A stretch of 64,000 bases of DNA from an uncultured Woeseiaceae bacterium (GTDB taxonomy: Bacteria > Pseudomonadota > Gammaproteobacteria > Steroidobacterales > Woeseiaceae): contig CAZBGV010000003.1 of the NCBI GenBank assembly GCA_964491485.1, forward strand, positions 4,878-68,877, read 5' to 3'. Positions within the stretch are counted from its first letter, which is position 1. Every line of letters begins with the position of its first letter. The notes beneath the pieces are model-generated. The model ran no database searches and was not told where the DNA came from. It saw only the letters and a list, made by a program, of their open reading frames with translations. Of the stretch, positions 30,230 to 38,804 are shown piece by piece. The position numbers and the translations under genes are program-made.

Positions 30230-30260
30230 GACGCGGCGCGGCCCTTTGCCGCGCCGCGTC
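30230..30260 (+). terminator. 12-bp-stem hairpin after the PRC-barrel gene
   Basis: gacgcggcgcgg-ccctttg-ccgcgccgcgtc followed by gtt. Confidence 0.5.
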
Positions 30261-30351
30261 GTTCCGGTACGATCCCGCGCACCGAAGCGCGAGCCGGTGC
30301 AACGAGGCCTGGTCTCAAAGACGGGCTCCGTTGGCCGCGGAGGGGAGTTCA

Positions 30352-30696
30352 ATGAGCACAGGACCGGAAGACGTATCCCCGGACGGCGGCGGCAATGCCG
30401 CCGATACGCGCCGCACCCGCACGCGTTCCACCGAGCCGAAAGCCACCGAGCAGGCCGCCAGTCTCGCCCACGAGGCCGTGGACCGCGTGGCCGAAACGGC
30501 GGCGAAGGCGGAGGAGCGCATCCGCGAGGCGGCGCTCGCGAGCGAGGAACGCCTGCGCGAGAAAGGCGAAGAGGCCCGCGTCACCGCCGACCGCCTGCTC
30601 GACCACATGCGCCAGTACACCCGGGACAACCCGTTCGCGGCCGCCGGCATCGCGTTCGCTGCCGGAATGATTCTTTCCCGGCTGCTGAGGCGATAG
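30352..30696 (+). CDS. DUF883 (YqjD/ElaB-like) membrane-anchored stress protein
   Basis: 114 aa with a helical N-terminus and a C-terminal NPFAAAGIAFAAGMILSRLL anchor. GGAGGGGAG lies before the ATG. Confidence 0.85.
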   Translation: MSTGPEDVSPDGGGNAADTRRTRTRSTEPKATEQAASLAHEAVDRVAETAAKAEERIREAALASEERLREKGEEARVTADRLLDHMRQYTRDNPFAAAGIAFAAGMILSRLLRR

Positions 30697-30731
30697 TGTC
30701 CCGTCCGGCAGCGCTCTGAAGCCGGCCACGC

Positions 30732-31154
30732 ATGCCAGCCGGCCCGGTCAACGGCGCTGAGCGGCGCGATCCGGAACGCCAGCAGCCGGGCGCCGGCGAG
30801 CCCCCCGATTCGTTTCTCGCGGACGTGCGCGCCGCGGCCGATGCCGCCGTCGCGCACGCGCGCGCCGTAGCGGCGACCGCCGCCGCGGAGGCGCGCCTGT
30901 CGGTCGCCTCGGCCACCGCCCTGGCGGCCGTGGCCGTGGCCGCCCTCGCGTTCGTGCTCGTGGCCTGGATCTGCCTGCTCGCGCTCGGCATGTGGCTCGC
31001 CGTGCAGGCCGGCGCGCCGGTCTGGAGCGCCCTGGCCGGCGCCGTGGTCGTGAACCTGGCGGGCGTCCTGGCGTGCCGGATGTGGATCGCGAGGCTGATA
31101 CCCAACCTCGGGTTCGCGCGCACGCGCAACCTGCTTGGCAAGGCGGAAGGATGA
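30732..31154 (+). CDS. YqjE-like (DUF1469 / holin-X-like) inner-membrane protein
   Basis: 140 aa with two TM helices. Its position after the DUF883 gene matches the E. coli yqjD-yqjE-yqjK order. Confidence 0.65.
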   Translation: MPAGPVNGAERRDPERQQPGAGEPPDSFLADVRAAADAAVAHARAVAATAAAEARLSVASATALAAVAVAALAFVLVAWICLLALGMWLAVQAGAPVWSALAGAVVVNLAGVLACRMWIARLIPNLGFARTRNLLGKAEG

Positions 31155-31498
31155 TGGGCCTCGGCCGGCTGAAGCGTGAGGCGGACGCGCTGGCGGCTCA
31201 GGGCGTGCGGCTCGCCGCCGCCCGCGACCGGCACGCGCAAAGCAGCCTCGCGCGGGCCGGGACGGCGCTCTCGTCGCCGGCGGCGCTCGCGATCGTGTTC
31301 GCTGCCGGATTCGTCCTGGGCGCCCCGCGCACGCGGCCGCGGGGAACGCGCGACGATCACGCAGCGGAGGCCGGAAGCGGTGACGGCCGGATCGGCCGCT
31401 GGCTCGCCGGGCCGGTCGGGACACTGGCGCTGAAAGCGGCGTTTGCCCTCCTGGGCGCGGCGGGTGCCCCGGCCCGGGAGGTCCCTCCGGCCGGGTGA
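31151..31498 (+). CDS. YqjK-like small membrane protein
   Basis: ATGA overlap with the upstream gene. 115 aa with one central TM helix. Confidence 0.5.
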   Translation: MMGLGRLKREADALAAQGVRLAAARDRHAQSSLARAGTALSSPAALAIVFAAGFVLGAPRTRPRGTRDDHAAEAGSGDGRIGRWLAGPVGTLALKAAFALLGAAGAPAREVPPAG

Positions 31499-31531
31499 TC
31501 TTCGCCGGCGCCGGCCGCCGCGGGCGCGAGG

Positions 31532-33130
31532 TCAGGCGTGACTCGCCTCCGGCTCGAGCGTGAAATAGAACGCCGCGCCCTCGCCGGGGCGGCTTTCCGC
31601 CCAGATCCGTCCGTCGTGGCGGCGCACCACCCGCACCGCGATGTTCAGCCCGAGCCCGATGCCGTCTTCCTGCGAGTTGCCTCGCTCTTCGCGCTCGAAG
31701 GCGCGGAACAAGCGCTCGGCGGAGTCCCCGTCGAAGCCGATTCCGTTGTCGCGCACGAAATACACGGGCACGCGCCGGTCCTGCTCGCAGCCCACCTCGA
31801 CGCGGCGGCAATCCCGGCTGCGGGTGTACTTGAGCGCGTTGCTCAGGAGATTCAGTGCCAGCGTCCTCACGAGCTTCGGGTCCGCGTGCGCGGCCGGCAG
31901 GTCGGCGAGCGCCAGCTCGACCGCCGGCGGCGGCTCGGAGGCGGCCAGCTCGTCGAAAATGTCCCGGACCATCTCCGTCAGGTCGACCCGCTCGCGCCGG
32001 AACGTGGCGTGGGAAACGATCGAGAGGCCGAGCAGCCGGTCGAGGATCTCCGTCATCCGCTTGACGGCAGTGCCCGTGCGCTCGAGCGCGGTCAATCCGT
32101 CGGGGCCGAGGACGTCGCCGAACTGCTGCGCGAGCAGCTGGGTGTTGACGGAAATGGAATTGAGCGGGTTCCTGAGATCGTGTGCCACGGAATCCGTGAT
32201 GGTGCCGAGGTCGGCGGAGCGATCGGCGAGCTCTTTCGTGCGTTCCGCGATCTCGCGCTCGAGATTGCGGTTGAGCACGGCAAGCTCGTGCTCGGCGATC
32301 TCTGCCGCCCGCGCACGCTCCCGGGCGCGCCGGTTCTCCAGCACGAGCAGCCCGACGAGCGCGGCGATCGCGAAGCCCGAAAACAGCAGTGCGGTCAGGC
32401 CGCGCACCGACATCACGTCCTCGAGCTCTCCCGTGGGCGTCAGTGCGACCTGCCACAGCGTCTTGCTCGTGGGGCGCACGACGCCGGTCGTGGTCGGCGC
32501 GCCGGGAAGATCGTGCGCCGGCTCGCCGCGCCGGTAGAGGCGCATGCCGTCCCAGCGCACCTCGACCGAATATCCGGGCGACACGTCACGCAGCATCGCG
32601 GCGAAGGATCGGGAAGCGTCCACGACGGCGACGAACATGCCGTGAGCATCGACCATGTACACCTGGTAGATCGGGTTACCGGCGGCATCCTCGAACGGAC
32701 CGAGGATCTCCTCACCCCGCAGGCGGCGGGCGCGCTCGAGCAGCGGGCCGGCAATCTGCAGGTCCTCTGATGTCGGCGCGTGGTCCAGCTCGGGATGCCC
32801 GGGCGTGCGCGCGTACTGCACGCCGTGCACCGCATCGCTCCAGAAAACGAGATCGATACCTTCCAGGTGCAGCGGCTCGAGATGCACGTCGGTCGCCCAT
32901 TGATCGCGCGGCAGGTGGCCGTACGTCGCCCAGTAGCGGTGCAGGCTGCGCAGCGTGCCGAGCATCAGCTCGAGATTGCGGGCAAGCTGGCTGCGCGCGG
33001 CCTGCGACTCGGAAGCGACGATTCGCGCGTTCTGCGCCCGGTAATCGTTCTCGAGTATTTTCCACGTTGCGAGCGTGGCCGCGGCGATGACCAGCGTCGC
33101 CGCCACGCTGATGGCGATGTGTCTCGGCAA
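31532..33130 (-). CDS. sensor histidine kinase with periplasmic sensor domain
   Basis: Two TM segments flank a sensor domain of about 250 aa. H-box SVAHDLRNPLNSI and the HATPase N/G boxes (NLLSNALKYT, DNGIGF, GIGLGL) are present. No in-frame ATG exists, so the start was tentatively set at a TTG (aa 301 of the track ORF). Confidence 0.8.
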   Translation of the reverse strand: MPRHIAISVAATLVIAAATLATWKILENDYRAQNARIVASESQAARSQLARNLELMLGTLRSLHRYWATYGHLPRDQWATDVHLEPLHLEGIDLVFWSDAVHGVQYARTPGHPELDHAPTSEDLQIAGPLLERARRLRGEEILGPFEDAAGNPIYQVYMVDAHGMFVAVVDASRSFAAMLRDVSPGYSVEVRWDGMRLYRRGEPAHDLPGAPTTTGVVRPTSKTLWQVALTPTGELEDVMSVRGLTALLFSGFAIAALVGLLVLENRRARERARAAEIAEHELAVLNRNLEREIAERTKELADRSADLGTITDSVAHDLRNPLNSISVNTQLLAQQFGDVLGPDGLTALERTGTAVKRMTEILDRLLGLSIVSHATFRRERVDLTEMVRDIFDELAASEPPPAVELALADLPAAHADPKLVRTLALNLLSNALKYTRSRDCRRVEVGCEQDRRVPVYFVRDNGIGFDGDSAERLFRAFEREERGNSQEDGIGLGLNIAVRVVRRHDGRIWAESRPGEGAAFYFTLEPEASHA

Positions 33131-33243
33131 GTGGCCACGCTCTTTTGCAACGGGGTCTTGTAAAATTGTCCGGTGCGTTCGCTGCGCGGTCAACCGACGG
33201 CGATCGGCGACATACGCTGCACGCTCCGCTCTGCGCCGCGTGC

Positions 33244-35406
33244 TCAACCGGTGAGCGCCGCCGGTTGGAAGCGCGATTCGATCAGGTCCGCGAGGTCGAC
33301 GGGCGAAACGGGCTTGACCAGGTATTCGTCGAAGCCCGCCTCCGTCGCCTGCCGGCGGGCGTCGCGGCTGCTGTAGCCGGTGAGGGCGACGAGCAGCATG
33401 CGCTCGCCGCCGGTGTGCGCGCGCAGCCGTCGCGCAACCTCGAATCCGTCGTACTGCGGTAACCCGATGTCGATGATCGCCGCGTCGGGCTGGACTTCGT
33501 CCGCGACGGCGATGCCCTCGAGACCGTCCGCGGCGGCAAACGTGCGGAATCCGTAATGCCGCAACACGGTCGACAGCGCGTGCCGCGCATCCTCGTTGTC
33601 CTCGATCAGCAACACTTTCCTGAGCTCGCGAACCTCCAGCGGACCGGTCTCCGGGGCCTGCGCTTCCGCTTGCGGCGCGGGGATCGCGGGGAAGCGGATG
33701 ACGAAGCGCGCGCCCTGGTCCCTGCCGCGGCTTTCCGCCGTGACGGTGCCGTTGTGCAGCTCGGCGAGCCGCTTGACGAGCGTGAGTCCGATGCCGAGGC
33801 CGCCGACGCTGCGGTCGATGGAACGCTGGCCCTGCACGAAGAGATCGAAGATGCGCGGCAGGAGCTCTTCCGGGATGCCGATGCCGGTGTCCGCCACCAC
33901 GAGCTGCGCCTCGCCGTCCTGCTCGCGCACCTCGACGCGAATCGTGCCGCCGGGCGCGGTGTATTTGGCCGCGTTCTCCAGCAGGTTCGAAGCAATCTGC
34001 TCGATGCGCGCCTGGTCGCCCTGGATCCACACCGGCGCCGTATCGAGCTCGAGCGCGAGCTTGGCGAAGACCGACGTGCGCTTCAGGTCGCGCGCGACTT
34101 CCGTGACGACGTGACCCAGATCGAGCGGTGCGAGCTTCAGGCGTACCTTTCCCGACGTGGCGCGGCCGACATCGAGCAGGTCGTCGACGATGCGCGTCAT
34201 GTGCTCCACCTGCCGCGAGACGATGGACACGGCATCGCCGGACGCGCGGCTCCCCGCCGCCCGGGCATTCAGGACCTGGGTCGCGGACGTCAGTGCGCCC
34301 AGCGGGTTGCGCAGCTCGTGCCCGAGCATGGCCAGGAACTCGTCCTTGGCGCGATCGGCGGCACGCAGGCGCTCTTCGCGCTCGCCCACGGCGCGGGCCG
34401 AGGCGACCAGCGCACGGCTGACGTCGCGCACTTCGCGCACCGCCGCGCCGGTGGGCGGCATCGGCTGCGTGCCGCGACCGAGCGCCTTGGCGGCGGCCGC
34501 GAGCTGCATCATCGGGTCGGCGATGCGCCGGCTGAAGCCGGCGGCGAGCGTGGCGGCGATCAGCACGGCGAACAGCAGGCCGACGGCGAGCAGGACGATC
34601 GTGTGCTCGGTGATCGCATCCACATCGGCCGCGGGAATCGCCATGGCGACCGTCCAGCCGCTGCGCGCGGAGCGGCTGTAGGGAGAGTAGATCTCCGCCC
34701 CGCCCCGGCTGGTGGTGTAGCGCAGCCAGCCTTCATTGGACGTTGCGAGCGCGCGGTCGAGCGTGCGCGCGAGCTCCTCGCCGGCGGCGGATGTATCGGC
34801 CCAGGTGCCGGCAACGATCTCACCGTTCTGGTCGAGCACGACGGCCACCCAGTCGCGCTGCAGGCGCTGCGGGGTGAGCAGGTCGAGGATGGAGCGTGCA
34901 TCGACCAGCACGCCCAGTACGAACACCTCGCCGCTCACCTCGACCGGCACGCTGATCGGGAAGAAGCGCTCGCCGTCGATCACGGTGACTCCACCGATGG
35001 TCGGCGCCCTCGTCCTGAGCGTGCGGTCGATGCCCGAGCGGTCCACCGATTGCAGCGCGCTCTCCGGCGATCTCGAGACGGTGAGCACGTGCTCACCGGA
35101 AGGCAGAGACAGCGTCAGCAGCCCCCAGTGCGTATGCATGGGCAGCAGGCGTTTCGACTGGCGGTGAAAAGCGCCGAGGTCGCCGCTCTGCAGGTCATAT
35201 GACGTCCCGAGCGCCTGCAGGCCGGTGACGTGTCCGTTGAGCTCCGTATCGACGGCCGTCAGGAGCGCGAGCGTGCGTTCGCGGGCGCCACGCTCGAACG
35301 CGCTGCGCTCACGGTCCGCCACCCAGAGCGTCGTCGCGACGCCGAAGACGGACACCGGCAGCAGGACGGCCAGCGTGAGTACCAACAAGTGAGTGCGGAG
35401 CTTCAT
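33244..35406 (-). CDS. hybrid sensor histidine kinase / response regulator (Cache-like sensor, HAMP, HisKA, HATPase, REC)
   Basis: 720 aa. H-box MLGHELRNPLGAL, an HATPase domain, and a C-terminal receiver (VLLIEDNED..DIGLP..VKP). Confidence 0.9.
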   Translation of the reverse strand: MKLRTHLLVLTLAVLLPVSVFGVATTLWVADRERSAFERGARERTLALLTAVDTELNGHVTGLQALGTSYDLQSGDLGAFHRQSKRLLPMHTHWGLLTLSLPSGEHVLTVSRSPESALQSVDRSGIDRTLRTRAPTIGGVTVIDGERFFPISVPVEVSGEVFVLGVLVDARSILDLLTPQRLQRDWVAVVLDQNGEIVAGTWADTSAAGEELARTLDRALATSNEGWLRYTTSRGGAEIYSPYSRSARSGWTVAMAIPAADVDAITEHTIVLLAVGLLFAVLIAATLAAGFSRRIADPMMQLAAAAKALGRGTQPMPPTGAAVREVRDVSRALVASARAVGEREERLRAADRAKDEFLAMLGHELRNPLGALTSATQVLNARAAGSRASGDAVSIVSRQVEHMTRIVDDLLDVGRATSGKVRLKLAPLDLGHVVTEVARDLKRTSVFAKLALELDTAPVWIQGDQARIEQIASNLLENAAKYTAPGGTIRVEVREQDGEAQLVVADTGIGIPEELLPRIFDLFVQGQRSIDRSVGGLGIGLTLVKRLAELHNGTVTAESRGRDQGARFVIRFPAIPAPQAEAQAPETGPLEVRELRKVLLIEDNEDARHALSTVLRHYGFRTFAAADGLEGIAVADEVQPDAAIIDIGLPQYDGFEVARRLRAHTGGERMLLVALTGYSSRDARRQATEAGFDEYLVKPVSPVDLADLIESRFQPAALTG

Positions 35407-35521
35407 TCGTCCTGGCCGGAAGCCGGATGCCGTCCGGCGTGCCTGTTTGCCCTCCGGGCGGCCGTGGCGGTGGCGGCCGGGGCGCTGGTGCGGCGGGTGA
35501 GCACCGCGGCGAGGCCACGCT

Positions 35522-35704
35522 CTATTTGACCGATTTCAGGTGTTTGCGTTTGCTGCGGGTCCGGAGTGCCTGGAGCCAGCGGAACTTTCTGTTGCCGGCG
35601 GCGGCCGAACGGACGAACCACAGCGCGGAGCCGAAAATGACGAGGACCGCCACGAGTCCGAAAACCGTCATCGGCACGCCGGATTCACCGCTCCAACCGT
35701 CCAT
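35522..35704 (-). CDS. hypothetical 60-aa single-pass membrane protein with basic tail
   Basis: Track ORF. The TM helix is TVFGLVAVLVIFGSALWFV, followed by RKFRWLQALRTRSKRKHLK. It has high GC3 and an AGGAG/GAGG upstream. It sits between a sigma54 promoter candidate and the hybrid HK gene. Confidence 0.45.
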   Translation of the reverse strand: MDGWSGESGVPMTVFGLVAVLVIFGSALWFVRSAAAGNRKFRWLQALRTRSKRKHLKSVK

Positions 35705-35896
35705 CGGCCTCGATCTCCTGCCGCCGCCCGCACGCCGGGCAGCGGTAAAAAGTGCCCAGGCTTGTAAACATTATCCGCCGCCGCCGGCCGGCACGGATGG
35801 CAGGCATACCGGGCCCCGCCGGCATTGCACCGCCCCGCGGGTGCCGGCGGCGTCGGCGCCAATCACGCCGCGGCAGGGCCGCCTGGCCATGCCGTT

Positions 35897-35912
35897 TGCA
35901 AGTCCCGTACCA
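35897..35912 (-). promoter_or_regulatory. sigma54 -24/-12 candidate directed toward the small TM ORF and the hybrid HK
   Basis: The minus strand reads TGGTAC-GGGAC-TTGCA. Confidence 0.5.
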
Positions 35913-35949
35913 GCCCCGGCCGATCCCGCCCGCGGCGGCCGGCGGCAAT

Positions 35950-35965
35950 GGCACAGGATTTGCAG
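35950..35965 (+). promoter_or_regulatory. sigma54 -24/-12 promoter candidate upstream of the REC-GGDEF gene
   Basis: TGGCAC-AGGAT-TTGCA, about 83 nt before ATG 36048. Confidence 0.7.
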
Positions 35966-36047
35966 CTTTCCTCTCCTGCCACGACGCAGCACGGGAGCGG
36001 CCCGCCCATGGCCGACCAGCCTCCCGGACGGAGCAAACGCAAACACG

Positions 36048-36980
36048 ATGCAGGTCCTCGTAGTCGAAGATAACGACGTGGTCGCGACCGGGCTGTCGCG
36101 GGCACTCGGCATGCTCGATACGGAAGTTTCCGTGCACACCGTGCCGGACCTGCGCTCCGCGCAATCGCTGCTCGGCGACGGCGCGCACGTCGACGTGGCG
36201 CTGGTCGACCTCGGGCTGCCGGACGCCCAGGGGCTGGAAGCCCCGACGCGGCTCAAGACGATCGCACCGGGCCTCGTCATCGTGGTGATCACCGGCGACA
36301 GCTCGTCCGAAACCGCTCTCAACCTGATCCGCCTCGGCATACAGGATTACATCCCGAAGAGCGAGGCGACGCCGAAACGAGTGCTGCGCACGATCCGGTT
36401 GGCGCGCGAACGCCACGAACGGGAGCTCAGGTTGAAGCGCATCGCCTGCGTCGACCAGCTCACCGGGTCGCTGAACCGTCGCGGGCTCCTGTCGGCAATC
36501 CGCAACGCCGGCGACGCGACCACCCGCCTCGGGATGTCCTCCGCCCTGATGACGGTGGACATCGATCGGTTCAAGAGCATCAACGACACGTTCGGGCACC
36601 CGACCGGCGACCTGATCCTGCGCCAGAGCTGCCGGCGAATCGCACATTGCGTGCGGGAGAACGACGTCGTGGGGCGTGCGGGAGGCGACGAGTTCTGGGT
36701 CATCCTGAACGGCTTCACGCGGGCCGAGAACGTGCCGGCCATCGCCGGCAAGATGCTGCAGGGTTTCGGCAGCCCGTTCCGCATCAACGCACGCAACATC
36801 GAGGTCGGCGTCAGCATCGGCGTGGCGCTCATGCCGGACCACGCGACCACCGTCCGTGAGTGGATCGAGAAATCGGATATCGCGCTGTTCGAGGCGAAAC
36901 GTGGCGGGCGGAACCGCTGGATGATGTACGAGACCGGCATGCACCCGCCCGACAGCCACCCGCTTGAAATCGCGCGCTGA
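36048..36980 (+). CDS. response regulator with GGDEF output (diguanylate cyclase)
   Basis: The REC domain reads MQVLVVEDND..VALVDLGLPD..IPK. The GGDEF domain has an intact RAGGDEFWV site. Confidence 0.9.
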   Translation: MQVLVVEDNDVVATGLSRALGMLDTEVSVHTVPDLRSAQSLLGDGAHVDVALVDLGLPDAQGLEAPTRLKTIAPGLVIVVITGDSSSETALNLIRLGIQDYIPKSEATPKRVLRTIRLARERHERELRLKRIACVDQLTGSLNRRGLLSAIRNAGDATTRLGMSSALMTVDIDRFKSINDTFGHPTGDLILRQSCRRIAHCVRENDVVGRAGGDEFWVILNGFTRAENVPAIAGKMLQGFGSPFRINARNIEVGVSIGVALMPDHATTVREWIEKSDIALFEAKRGGRNRWMMYETGMHPPDSHPLEIAR

Positions 36981-37109
36981 GCTACCAGAATCGAACCCAG
37001 CGGAGCGGCCCTCAGGCGAGCCGGTCCTGTATACTATGCGTTCGCCCAATGAAGACCGTTGTGGTCCCGTCCGCAGGGTGCCGGGCGGGGTCGCGGATCT
37101 TTAAGGAAC

Positions 37110-38429
37110 ATGGCACGAATACTGCTCGTTGACGACGATACCGCCTTCACGGCAGCCACGCGCAGCCTTCTGCAGGCCGAGGAGCACGAGGTGGAGACCG
37201 TCGGCTCGCTGGCCGAGGCCAGCGGCGTGCTGGACCGCGAATCTTTCGACATGCTGTTCGTCGACCTGGCTTTGCCGGACGGCAGCGGCCTCGAGCTGAT
37301 CCAGGACCAGGGTCCGAAGGCCGTCATCATCACCGGCCACCCGTCCATGGAGACGGCCATCCGCGCGGTGCGCGGGCGGGTCGTCGACTACCTGGTCAAG
37401 CCGCTGGACAAGAGCCAGCTGATACGGAGCATCGAGTCGGTGACGGCCGAAGCGGCCGAGCAGCGCCGCCCGGCCTTCCGGGAGGCAATCCAGCCGGCCA
37501 ACATGATCGGCGAATCGCCGGTCATGAAGTCGCTGTTCAAATCGATCGCGGAGTACGGGCCCACCGACGTCACCGTGCTGATTACCGGCGAGAGCGGCAC
37601 GGGCAAGGACCTCGTCGCGCAGGCGCTGCACAACACGTACAACGCCGACGCGGCGTTCGTCGCCGTGAACTGCGGTGCGATTCCGCGGGAGCTGGTCGCG
37701 AGCGAGCTGTTCGGCCACGAGAAGGGCAGCTTCACGGGGGCGGCCGCGAAGCGCATAGGCGTTTTCGAGCGCGCCAAACGCGGCACGGTGTTCCTGGACG
37801 AGATCGGCGAGCTTCCGCTCGATCAGCAGGTGACCTTGCTGCGGGTCATGGAGACCCGGACGATGCTGCGGGTCGGCGGGGAAAAGGAAATCCCGATGAA
37901 CGCGCGCATCATCGCGGCGACGAACAAGGACCTCGAGAAAGAGGTCAGCGAGGGCAACTTCCGGGAAGACCTGTTCTTCCGGCTGATGGTACTGCCGATC
38001 CACGTGCCACCGCTGCGCGAGCGGGACGGCGACGTCGTGCTGCTTGCCAACTACTATCTCCAGCAGTACGCGAAGGAACACGGCACGCCGTCCGAATTCA
38101 CGCCGAACGTCCTCGCGAAACTCGAGCGCTATCACTGGCCGGGCAACGTGCGCGAGCTCAAGCACACGGTGCTGCGCGCGGCCATCCTGAACCGCGGCAA
38201 GGACCGCATCGACGCACTGCCGGACAACTTCGATCACCCGCCCCGGTGGTCCGACGACAGCAGCAGCCTGCGCGCCGGAATGTCGATCCGGGAAGTCGAG
38301 CGAACGCTGATCGAGAAGACGCTCGAGCACTTCGACGGCAACAAGAAACTGACGGCCGAGGCCCTCGGCATCAGCCTGAAGACGCTTTACAACCGTCTGT
38401 GCGAGTACGAGGAAGAGAAACCGGCGTAA
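37110..38429 (+). CDS. sigma54-dependent response regulator (NtrC family)
   Basis: REC domain, AAA+ domain (GESGTGKD, GSFTGA, FLDEIGEL, RIIAATN), and a Fis-type HTH (LGISLKTLYNRL). Confidence 0.95.
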   Translation: MARILLVDDDTAFTAATRSLLQAEEHEVETVGSLAEASGVLDRESFDMLFVDLALPDGSGLELIQDQGPKAVIITGHPSMETAIRAVRGRVVDYLVKPLDKSQLIRSIESVTAEAAEQRRPAFREAIQPANMIGESPVMKSLFKSIAEYGPTDVTVLITGESGTGKDLVAQALHNTYNADAAFVAVNCGAIPRELVASELFGHEKGSFTGAAAKRIGVFERAKRGTVFLDEIGELPLDQQVTLLRVMETRTMLRVGGEKEIPMNARIIAATNKDLEKEVSEGNFREDLFFRLMVLPIHVPPLRERDGDVVLLANYYLQQYAKEHGTPSEFTPNVLAKLERYHWPGNVRELKHTVLRAAILNRGKDRIDALPDNFDHPPRWSDDSSSLRAGMSIREVERTLIEKTLEHFDGNKKLTAEALGISLKTLYNRLCEYEEEKPA

Positions 38430-38445
38430 CCCGGGACGAGGTCAG

Positions 38446-38676
38446 ATGCCGCTGAGCGAAGCCGAACGCCGGGAGCTGAAGGACGCGTTGCACAAGCTGA
38501 ACAACGCGCTCAACTCGATCTCCATGCAGACGGAGCTGGCGCGTATGTTCGTCGAGCGCAGCGATCCCGCGAAGGCGCTCGAGGCGCTGGATACGGTGAT
38601 GGCCCAGTGCCGGCGCGCCAGCGAGATCAGCCACGGCACCCAGGGCATCTTCGAGGACGGCGCCGGCGAGGCCTGA
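38446..38676 (+). CDS. stand-alone DHp/HisKA-like mini-protein (76 aa)
   Basis: LHKLNNALNSISMQTELA resembles the HDFNNLLTVI-type H-box, and a second helix follows (ALEALDTVMAQCRRASEI). There is no ATPase domain. GAGG lies 5 nt before the ATG, which is 17 nt after the NtrC-like stop. Confidence 0.5.
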   Translation: MPLSEAERRELKDALHKLNNALNSISMQTELARMFVERSDPAKALEALDTVMAQCRRASEISHGTQGIFEDGAGEA

Positions 38677-38804
38677 CGGCACGGCGACGGCGGGACTCGA
38701 CTTAAGGGCGGGCCCGCCGGAGCCTTCGCGGCGGGCAACGAGGACCTGCGGCCGGTGCGGGGCGCTTCGCCGGCGGCGAGCGCCCGCGGCCGGCCGGCGC
38801 CGTT

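Noticed and set aside
37111-37126. TGGCAC-GAATA-CTGCT, a good sigma54-like match.
   Set aside because: It is formed by the first codons of the NtrC-like gene (ATG GCA CGA ATA CTG CT). It would start transcription inside that gene, so I treat it as coincidental.
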